DNA of 64,000 nucleotides from Diadema antillarum. Taxonomy: Eukaryota. The notes below the pieces were generated by a model. It did no database searches. It was not told the DNA's origin and saw nothing but the letters and a program-made list of their open reading frames with translations. The DNA lies in the NCBI RefSeq assembly GCF_040938485.1, contig NW_027271913.1, forward strand, positions 1,302,001 to 1,366,000, read 5' to 3'. Below, piece after piece: positions 25,501 to 37,500 of the stretch (the first letter of the stretch is position 1; each line of letters opens with the position of its first letter). The translations under genes were made by a program, and so were the position numbers.

Positions 25501-28500
25501 GGCTCCGGAAGATTCCAAAATAAATATCACAGTCATGATTGCTTTTACATTTGGAAGTGAATAGCAGTAACATTCTGCTCCATACGATGCTAAAATAAAT
25601 ATCGGATATTTGCTATTATACATTTCGAAATTAATAACACTAACATTCAGCTGCGTTTGATGGTAAAATAAATGTCTGATATCTGCCTTGACGCTCAACA
25701 ATGAAAAACAGTAACATTCAGCTCCATTCGACGATAAAAATTTGTCAGATAATTCATTTCACTTTTGGAAGTGGACAGCAGTAATATTGGGCTCCGTATG
25801 ATAGTAAAACGAATGTCGGATGTTTGCTTGGAAATTTAGAAATGAATAACAGTAATATTCTGCTCCGTATGATACTAAAATAAATAACTGATTGTTGCTT
25901 TTACATTTGGAAATGATTAACGGTATCGTCTGCTGACTGTGAGTGCTGCTGGTAGACACATGGAAGACCGGTGCGTAGCGGTGCGTAGCGGTGCGTAGTT
26001 GTGTGAAATTTTAATAGTTTGCAAAGCTAAGACTGTGATTCTTGTGTTGGATATTGTGTAAGAGATGATGACTTAGAGAGAGAAAAGGAGGAAAAACGAA
26101 TAGTGATCGAGGGGGTACCTACGCCGACGCGACAATGTACATTCAGCACGCATGTTCTGCAACCCTGTCTTGCACTCGATTACGTACCGGTATTTTCTTT
26201 TTGTTTTTATGGTGATAAGTCATTAAATTGTCCACCAGAAAACACTGATGAAAGAAGAACATCGATTTTCATTCAATTCATTCATATTAAAGTCGATTCA
26301 AATCCAACTGACAAGCATACAAACAATCGGTAGGCACTGTAACAGATACCATGTTGAACATCGACAAAAATCGGATAAGTCGAAGAAAATTCGACGTACG
26401 CGTACCTCGAAATTCGCGTACCTCGAACCAATTTCTTCAGTCCCGACGACTTCGAGGTATCCGAGGTTGACTGTAGTTTTGTCTTGTATTCCTCCACAAC
26501 AATTTAGATGAAAAGATTGCATTTCACTTATTTAATTAATTCTAATAATTCCAACCACACTAACAAAACATGTCTGCATCATCTTGGCTCCTTGGTATCA
26601 AGAGCTCCATGTCAACAGACGTCCACCTCATTGTACTCTGTAGATTCTTCCAGAATCAGAGCAAACTTTCAGTTTGATAAATCAGCACTTTACATTATCA
26701 TACTCTCTACTTTGCTTAGAGACCTCAACGACAAGATCTACACGCACTGTAGGTTTCTCAGACTCACTGGGCTGTAACAATGAGGTCAAGGGTAATTTTG
26801 GCCAGCTCCATCAGGGCCAGAGCCTCGTCCCTGGACACCTGGAACTCCCCTGACCCAAGCCAGGCTGTCATAGGAAAGAAGACCTCCAGGGAGGGCCACA
26901 TGGAGTCCCATAGGTCCACCACGCTGCCAACGATGTGGAAGTAGGTTGGTTTCCGTGGCAACTTGAGGACCTGGCAGTTAGACGAGGATGGCAGGGATCA
27001 TACAATGGAAGGAAAACATGAGGTGGGAATACTGTGATCACACAAACATCAGAGTATGGCATAAATATGATTATGACACAATTAATATTTCATCCTTAAT
27101 GTTATTCAATGAATGGCAACACTTGGGTCATTTCACGTTAAGTGTACACTTTTTTTCTCACGGGGGGTCAAAAATGAAAGTTGTTGTTCGGGGAAAAAAC
27201 ATACAGATTCTAAAACCTTAGGGTATATTCAATCTATATCTAAAATTAAAGAGCGTCAAGTCCATGTTTACATCTTTAAATAGTTTCCTAAAATATAGTC
27301 ACAAAAACAGGCGTCTGGAGAGGACATTTTGTTTAACAAGAAACACATCAGCTTTATCAAGCCTGTAACTGCTACAAAAATGGTTCTCTGTGTATTTATA
27401 TGTTTGTATCTGTATTACTGATCCAATGTCAATGTACTCATTTAAACTTCAGTCTAGCCATATTTTGCCACAAAACTGATGTATCATGTGGCAAACTGAG
27501 ATATGGAGGGGTAAATTGTATTTAGTGACATAAAAAAAATATAATTTTTCTTCGTATATAACTTCAAATTTGATGCACAGTGTTTTATTTAAGTCTAAAT
27601 TATTTGTTGTTGTGTATAATGATTAAGTAATTGCAAGAACCAATCAGCTGTGAGCTTATAAACCTTAGTATATTCAGGGGTGTTGGAGAGGGCAATTATT
27701 TAACAACAACCTCTACAATTATGAACACCAACTATATGAGCTAATATGTGAATTTATACGATGCATCAATCAGTTTTAACATTTCTGCATAACTGTACTC
27801 CAGATGTTATTGCAATGCTCAAGAGCCAAATCACATTAAAACAGTAAAAAACTTCAGAGTGGACACCCAAGTACAGCTCCAATTACTTATAAGAAAATAT
27901 TGCCTGAAAATTTTGAAGTTAACGCACAATAACACGTTTATTAAGCAATGTTTTACTATAAAAGGAATGCTGTTGTTGTTCATTGATACATCATTGTTAA
28001 TATTGTGGTCTTATTATCTACCCAATGGGAACTCTCAAAGAATGAATAACTGATAAGTTCTGGAGAGGACATTTTGTTTAACACTAAAATTTGGAAGCAA
28101 GATTGCTGAAAGACCATGAAACTTGTTTGATCTCTCTATGGTCTTTCAGTGCACTTCTCTGAGGTCTTTCACAATTCCTGATTGATCTGTCAGGGGTCTT
28201 TGTGGTCTCCAAAACTTCTTGAAATGGTTCAAAGCAGTCTTTTAGTAGTCATTCACGAAAATGGTCTGCTGGTGATCTGTCAGGGATCTCTCAATTAAAT
28301 TGCAAAGGTGTTATTATTGTCTCTCCATGATCTTGTGACAGTCTCTCTTTTCTTTTGTTTTTTTTTTGTTTTGTTGTTGAGATCATTGAAAGACTGCTGA
28401 GAGATCATTGAGAAATCATTGGAAGACCAGTGAAAGTCCATAGAAACCAGTGATAGACATGCATGGAGATTGCGAAAAGATCTTTTTTGAATCCAAGATC

Positions 28501-31500
28501 CCTTAAAGACTGTTTAAAGACTGTTGTAGGACTAGTGTAAGTTCCGCAAGACAACAAATATCATAAACATAACAGCACTGCAATATTCCGATTCATATTA
28601 CAGGGATTTGTTATCTTGTTCTTTCACAATTCTTGCAGTAGTCTCAGTCTTTCTATTAGAATTCTCTCTGTGGTCTGCGGCAGTGCTTTAGATATCTTGA
28701 TTGATCTTTCAAAGATCTCTGGCACTGTAAGAGATCTCTCAATAGTCTTATTGGTCTTGATAAACTTTTAGCTGTCTGCAAGATTGGAGCAGGGATCTTG
28801 CTGGAAAAGTTGTTTTTGGTCTTTTGATGGTCTTGCAGGGGTTTCAGGAACCACTCCAAAGAGACAGCAAATTTCACTGATCCTGAAGCATTACTGAAAC
28901 AGCTTGGCAATTTTCAGTCTTTCAGTGGTCTTTCAATGGTTTCCATTCTGTGGAACAGGGGCTAATGGTAGTCTTTACTTTCGATTTTCATGTAAAGTTA
29001 TTACTAGGCAAGACAAATCTGGCTTTGCTTTTTCTGCTGTTGTTTAAAACTCAGTCAATACATTTCAGAACTAATGCTGGTAGCATAGTTAGCATCCAAG
29101 AATATTAACCCATTGAAAACAAACATGAAACACTAGACTGGGTAGCCTGTAATAAGAGGTTATACTGATTAGAGTTCTCTGTCAAATCACAAATGAAAAA
29201 GACAAATTCGAAGCTGAGATTTTCAAATTTCACAAATGTAACAGAATGCTTTAAACCATTATGTACATGATATTGTGAATTAGAATGTTTCAAGTGATAT
29301 GACACTTTAAACAACAAATTTTGAATGACATACATGGCGTGCAATTGTTGGACCAAGAAATTCATGCCACGGGGAATCACCATGTACTTGCATAATTATA
29401 TATACCTGCACATAAAGGCCTTTAATAGAAAGGAAAGGAAATCAAACCGAAGGTGCAAAACAGGAAAGCATGGGTAGCAGGGGTAGCATGGGTAGCAGGG
29501 TAGCATGGAGGAGAGCCATCAAGGAAATACATACTGTCTCATCCTACAATAACACTGGTAGAAAATGGTCTTTAAATGATGAATACCCCATCAATTTGTT
29601 GCAAAACTCTCTTAAGGGAGCATACTTCTAAGTGGAGTACAGCATATTAAAAAAAAAAAATGAATAGGCCAACTTATTTTGTACACAACATGAAAATGGG
29701 GAGTGAAACAGTGATGTATAGTGTTCCGGATTCGATTACCTGCACAAAAACCATTTATCTCTTGATTAAAGTGACCAAATTGTAAATGCAATCATGTGTT
29801 AAAATATGTGTCCTCTCCAGAACAACATGAAGGCATGCAGTATATTGTTTTCCAGGCTAGTAAATAATTGCCATGATCAGTAGATTTTGTCAGTTACACA
29901 GTTACAAACAGTATCACATTAATTTTTCTTGACTATCAAAATATGGTGTGAGAGTATTGCCGCCACTGACTTCCGATATTGCTCAATTACATAGATGAAC
30001 TAATGAAAATCAATTCTAGAATAAAATTCTAGCAGTTGAAATGTTAGTTTATGATTTCTGTTACAGAATGCAACAACAGACCATTATTTTCTTACATAAA
30101 AGAAGGAGTTTTACTGTTAAAATTTTTGTTTCTGTACATTGTTAAAAGATGAACTACCTTTGTTCTGGAGAGGACATGCTGTTTAACGCTGCATTAATGT
30201 AAGATACTGACCATCTATAAGAATTTAGAAAGAAAATCATATTTCATCATGTTGAATTGAAGTACACAATTATTTCTATACCACAATAATAGATATCAAA
30301 ATCCTTAGTGCTTCAAAAAATGAAAAATGTACGTGTTCTGGAGAGGACACACTTTTAACGGAAAATTTGCATATCAAAATAACCAAGCAGTAAAATAAAT
30401 CCAACACATTATGTTCATTGATGTGTCATATATTTTCACTTACAAACATTCTGAAGATTAAATCAGCAGCATTTTGGCACATCTTTATCGCTTTCATTCA
30501 CTGCTAGTGACTTATATGTTCTGGAGAGGACACAATTTTTTTGTTTAACGGAAAAGATACCTTTTACAAAAACATTCATAAGTTCCACATTTATGGGTCA
30601 AATTTCATCAAATAAGCTTCAAAATGCTGAATAATGGTTGTACTTATATAATAAGAGGAATATTCAGTACAACTTTCATTCAATTCATTTAAGATATCAA
30701 TGAACTTTATCAAAAATGTCGAATGAGAATCCATTTTCCGTTAAAAATACACAAAAAATCCAAAATTTAGGAGAAATAATACTTGAACTGTCCTGAAATT
30801 GCAACTAGTAGGTTGGTGTTGATAAGGTCCATCAAACAATACCGCCAGTACAATAATGGAAATTCTAAAAATGGGCTAAAATAGGGAAAAATCAGTTTTT
30901 ACAAAAGTGTACACTTAATGTGAAATAGCCCACTTGTAAATTTAATACAAAGTTGAACTGAATATTCACATATCAGAAAGGTCAGCTGAAATTTTATCAG
31001 TTGTGGGTTGCTGAAAATTCTAAAACCCAACTCTCGATTCCTTTCCACCTTCTCTCCAGATATCATTTGATCATCAGAATTAATTCTTCACTTGTCATTC
31101 TGTCTATGATCTCCTCACACTTGCAACAAGTTTGTGTTAAATATGCACTCTTCGTGAGAGTCCATCACACAAGTACTATGGTTAAAGTCTTTAAGACATA
31201 CCTGAACAGGAAGAAGCAGAGGGGCTTCCACCGGGCTGACCCTCTGCCGCCAGAGTGAGATGTGAAATTCTTCCACCTGCTTCGGTGACTCGATATAGTG
31301 TGGGGAGAGGAACGCCACGACATGCCGAGCATTCTCCAGCTGATCTCGTCGCTCCTGTTCGGAGGCAGCATCGATCCTGACGACGACACGAGGTGCAGCG
31401 AGTTCCAGCATGCGCTGGAAGAAGACAGCGTACCTCCGGTCCTGTGGGTGGAAGCTCAGGATGACCTCACCCACCACACCCTTGTAAGTGGAGTTTTCAG

Positions 31501-34500
31501 ACTCTTGCTCCGAGATGAAGCACTTCGGGGGGAACCGGTGCTGCAGCAGTAGGGAGGTGGTCTTGTAGCTGCACTTAAAGGTCTTCTTTCTGTGTTCCTC
31601 CATGAGAGCTGACACATTCAGTTTGTCTGAAACCTATAAGTAATGGAGTTCAAACAGGAGTTTTGATAGTCTCATGCGATTGTCAAACTTCCTGTTATCC
31701 TGGACAAAGAGCATTAACATAGATTACTTTAAAGGGAAGATAAACCCCAAGAGCAATGTGGATTGAGTGAAAGCAACAACATTAGTAGAACACATCAGTG
31801 AAAGTTTGAAGAAAATCGGACAATCGATGCAAAAGTTATGAATTTTTAAAGTTTTGATGTTGGAACCGCTGGATGACGAGACTACTTGAGGTTATGACGT
31901 ATGAGTGGACAACAATACCGAGAAAATATAAAGAAAATTCCGCAAAAATCCTTTTTTCATGAAAATTACAAATTCCATCAACTTGATGTTGACATATGTT
32001 AAGGGTAGCAATTATTCCCCCTGCTTTCTGAAAGCGGTTGGTCCATTGCTCTTTCATAATTCTAGAAAAGTGAATTTTTGTTGAATTTCCTTTACATTTT
32101 CTTTGTATTGTTGTCCACTCATACGTCATATCCTCTAGTAGTCTCCTCTTCCAGCGGTTCTAACACCAAAACTTTAAAAATTCATAACTTTTGCATCTAT
32201 TGTCCGATTTTCCTCAAACTTTTACTGATGTGTTCTACTAATGTTGCTGCTTTCACTCAATCCACATTGTTCTTTGGGTTTACCTTCCCTTTAATAATGC
32301 ATTCAAATTGAAGCATATTTCTGTCAAGAAATCATCCATGACAATTTAATATATTTGTTGTTGTTATTTTGATTTTTTTATGTGCATGAAATTCAGTTGT
32401 GAATATTTACAAATGGTACTTATTGTTTTGTTGAATTAAGAAGAGAAATATTCAAATAAAACTAGAAATATCGCTATGGCGACTGGTATGCCTCCGTCAT
32501 AATGCATGATTCTCCTAATAGGTCTATAGTTCATGTGGCCAATGTGTGATTACATTTTCACAAAATTGGAAAAATATTTAAAATTACATGTTTGTCACAA
32601 ATGTGTTGAATGTTCACCTTCCTCGACCTATGTTTAATTGGATGAATAGGAGAGCATGTATTTGGGGATTTAAGAACTTAACTTGACTTTGACCCTTTCA
32701 TAAGTTTATTCATTGAGTAATTTTCAAGGCATGGAGAAAAAATTTGAAATCACTTCCATAGACTGTGCTAGAATTATTCTCGGACCGAGAATAAATGCAA
32801 TTATCATAGATATCTTCATAGTTAAAGTGAAAACTAAGTTTCGGTAAGTGCTTGAGAAACCGTCTAGCACCATTTCATTTTTGCTTGCAATATATCGAAA
32901 GAGTCCACTAAGAAACTTACCTGGCTGACGCAGTTTGCCGGAATGATGAGTCGGTTTGGAGTATTTTGAGAAAAATAATAATAGTAGGAAAACCGACTTT
33001 TATTCCAGAAGGCTCCAGACTAACTCGGTCTCGGGAAAAATTCAACCCTACTTCAGACAATTCACACGCAGTAAGTGATCGCCACATTCTACTGGCCACT
33101 GCATAATACCAAATGAGGCCTAACTGAATGGACAGGAAAGTGCATGCTACGTAATCCTGTACAAATCAAAAAAAAATGACAGCGCGCGGTCCTCAGTTGC
33201 TGAGACGCGCGGTCTTTGGAGTTTTTGTTGTTGTTTATCAAGCGCCTTTGGTTGTTTTAGAGGTGCTTGATCGGCGCACACTAATTTTGCATGCGCGCAA
33301 AAGAGGTTTTTGATGCGCGCGTTGTAACAACTCGGACCATTACTGCGAGTAGCCAAAACACGAAGCGCTAGTTTATACAGGCCGCTCCCATAGGACAACA
33401 CGGTACAATCAGAGGGACAACCATTACAACTCATCTCGCCGTCAAAGCGAAGCCGAGTTATCCCCGAGTCCGAGTTTAGCCTGACCCCGTTCGGGTAAGT
33501 TCTGTGACTGAACCTTTTTGGTTAATGTTTCGCATTTTCGTCGTTACCCATCGAATATCTTGTAATAACATCGTTATCCTGCACATTTCCTAAGCATACG
33601 TTCACATTTGGGAGCGAAATTTGACAACTTTTGCAGGCGTACCAGAACTTTGTTTGGGCTTTAATGTGTTACTTTCATTATTTTTGCATTCTTGTTTGTT
33701 TTGTCATCCATCTGAACATAATTAGACTGGTCAGGCAGCTCAGTTTTAGAATTTTTTAAATCAATCAAACACAATGTTAATCAGTGGCTTTTAACTGAAG
33801 TTTATGGGTCTAACATCTGTAATATTATAAAAATATTTTATTTTTGTTATATCATAAGGACCTTTGTGACCTTTGACCTTTGACCCCAAAATACCAGTGA
33901 ATATTTGTCTTGTCATACTCTACCCTCACACCAAGTTAAACGTTCATGTCTAATAGTATGTAAAATACTGTATCAAAAGTTATTTTTTCACAAAATAACC
34001 TGTGACCTTTGACCTTTGACCCATGACCCTAAAATCCAAACAAAGTATTATCCCCCCAGGATATACCCTCATACCAAGTTTGATGTAAAACCACCACACG
34101 GTTCTTGAGATATCGACAAAAACAAAACGGGACGGACGTACGTACGGACGGACGGACGGACGGACGACCCGAAAACATAATGCCTCCGGCCACTTCGTTG
34201 GCGGAGGCATAAAAAAGCAATGCTGCATTATTACTGCAATTTTGGACATTCTGAACAGACCATCTTCACATATCACTGACGTTTGTTTGGTATTTTTTAA
34301 TGCTGGAAGTGTGTCTGACTTTGTAACAAGTTATGTATCCAAAGATAATTCTGAGATATTTGGCAAGAAAGCTTTCTACACACAGTATTACTTGCAGCAG
34401 GTGATGAACTTTGGAATCCATTTTGAAACTCATGCATATCTGTTTGCCACTTAGTTAGATACATAATATTCCAAAATACCATTTCTTGAATATTTCTTCA

Positions 34501-37500
34501 TCACTCCTAGCTCTCCTGTCAATTTCAGTAACCTTATGCATTTTATTGTACTAGGTGTTTTCGAAGAAATTATTCAAGAACTGATAATCACACTGCTCTT
34601 CAGTATGGATGCCATTTTCATGTGGTGATCCATCATGGCAACATGTTTAACTTTCCCATGATATAAAGCTACTTTATGAAAAAGATTATACATGAAAATG
34701 TGTTACATCATTATCACTTACCCTTCAATGAAAGGCAAAATTAACTTACTGTTGCCTCTGAAAATGTGGCAGTGAGTTCATCTATGGGGTATTTGACCTC
34801 TTGACCATGCAGCCATTGAACCAGGCTGGTGCAAACTTTCTCCATCATCGTCTTGAAGATGTCTGGTGTGGCTGTTACCATGGGAACCTCAGAGAAAGAT
34901 GCTATCTCTGTCTCAAGCTCTTCAATTTGCACTGGGATGAGTCTTAGTTTATCCTGCAGTGGTGAGAACAGAATTACTGATTACATGAGGAAACAATACT
35001 TCATCCTGTTATTTCATCTACATGTATTTTAAAAATATTTGTCCATTCCTTATCAGAGAAAATTCTAAATCCCCTTCTATTCCTCCATAATATTGATTAT
35101 CACAAACCTTAAGCACAACATCAATCTATATTCATCCCTCCATCTTTCCACCTATCTTGCTCCATAGCTCTCTATAGCACCCATCTAGCTATTCATCTAT
35201 TTATTGTAGCACCCATCTATCTATCCAATCTATCCATCCATTTATCCATCTATCAATTTAGCTATCCTTGATCTCCGCATCTATCTACACTCATCCATCA
35301 ACCCATCTTATCTATCCATTTGTTCATCCATTCACTTATCCATACATACATCTTTTCCTCCAAGTATTTACCCATCTATCCATTCATAAATCCATCCAGC
35401 CATCCATCCGTTCATATATCCATTCATCTATCAATCCATTCATTTATCCATCCACACATCCTTTAATCCATCTATTCATCCACCCATCCACAAATCTTTC
35501 CATCTTTCTACTCATTAACTTATCCATGCACGGCTATAGATACACAAACCAACACATATACCCTAGTAGATGTGACATATACAAACAGACACACATAATA
35601 TATTGCATGAATATATCAGCTTATCTATGAGATCAACATTTCTATAACGCCTGAAGAAATCCTTGTCATTTGATTGGTTGTTTGACATTGATCATTCAGC
35701 CCATTTCTCAATGACGTCATCATCCGTGCAATTGTGGCTCCATTTACCGTGCAATTTTGGATCCATACGATTTGCTCCATTGCACGCTCGCTGAGAGCCC
35801 GGCACACTACGCATGTAAAACTAGTGTAAAGTTCTCAGTGAGCACTCTCGCGATCTCAGATTCTCTCCTAGTTACTAAATTATTTCCACCATCAAATGAC
35901 AAGGATCTATTACAGGCGTTATATAAAATAAATAATAAATGTTTTTATTCATGCAATGGACAGAATATTTCATGAGGTGAAAGATGAAATGTTTGATCCA
36001 TTCAACTCGGTTGCACCTTGTTTGAATGGATCATTTCATCTTTCACCTCATGAAATATTCTGTCCATTGCACAAATGAAACACATTTATTATTTGTTTTA
36101 TCCATTCGACTTGGCTGCACCCCGCTGAATGGATCATTTCATCTTTCACTTCATGAAATATTCTGTCCATTGAACTCATAAACATTCATTATTTGTATAC
36201 TATTCCATCCTCACTAATTTCTCCCCTGGACCAACCATGAATGTCGGAAACGCTTATGAAGCACTCACCTGACAGAGATGTTTAGTCTGTGCCAAGCTGT
36301 ACTCCTCCCGACACACCGCAGACCTCAGATAACGATTGGACAGCACAGCCAGCATTGACCTTGACCCATCGATGGAGTGGTACAGGGTCTGCTGCCAGGC
36401 ATGACCTAGAGACAAACACAGCAGAAATCAGATTCAGATTTTTATGACAGATTCATTCATTTCACAACTGACCAGAGTGATATTGACAAATTCTCCAAAG
36501 AAAGGGGAGGGAGAATAACAAAAAACAATTTTAGATAGCTGTGAGTACATCCAGCCCATAACAATTTTTTTTTTTATTTCACATTACTTTTAACTATTTT
36601 TATTTATTTGGTATCTTCGATTGTTCACAAGTCATAATGTATTAATAACACAATATCTTAATTAACGATATGTATAAAATCACATCTAAAATGATATGAG
36701 TACATTATGGGGACATCACAGTTACTTGACACATTTTTAGACTGGACATCATTCATTTACTTTGCAATGACTGACATCCTATGGCAAACTACACTTTTTA
36801 TGCATCACATGTTGATTGGTACATCTGGCTCTGTATGAAAGATGATTCTAAAATATGTTACGTGCCCATTCCTCATCCTGATCTAAGCCAAATTATAGTA
36901 CTCCAAGAACCCACTCAAATGTATCGCAGATTATTCATCAAAATTAATATGCATCTAAAGAAAATTCTACATCTGAAATGGGTAAATCCATCATTCTAAT
37001 CAAACATGTTTTGTGCATGCAGCAGCACACACTGGTCCTTTTTGGCTCTATAGTTCAGAGATGTGTTAACTCACCAGTCTTCAGTTCCTGAATGTCGTAG
37101 AATATCCTGAGGTTGGGGTCAAGCCCCTGGAGGGTGTCTACAATGTGCTTGGCTGCCTCCGAGTCAGCGTGACTGTAGGAGACGAAGACGTCGTAGCAGA
37201 ATGGGTCACCATCGGACTCGGCCTCGCCCTCACCATCATCAGTCACCATGACAGGCAAGGTCTTGATAAGCTGCTGACAGGTACTGGCTATCTTCTCAGA
37301 TGAATCATCTCTGTTGAGGTGATAATCAAACAGACAGAGAATGCTACTTACAAACTTCAAAGACCAAACCGTAAGCCCCACTGCATGGATCCATCAAATG
37401 CATATAGAGTAGTGTAGACAAGAACTTTTGTGTGCACTTTAATTTTCGGAATATCGGTTCTCCTGAAATTCACAAAATAAAATGCATACAAAAATTTCTG

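Noticed and set aside
24838-25925. Regular ~70-bp array could be mistaken for CRISPR
   Set aside because: Whole units are homologous, with no constant repeat plus unique spacer, no cas genes, and a eukaryotic intron context.
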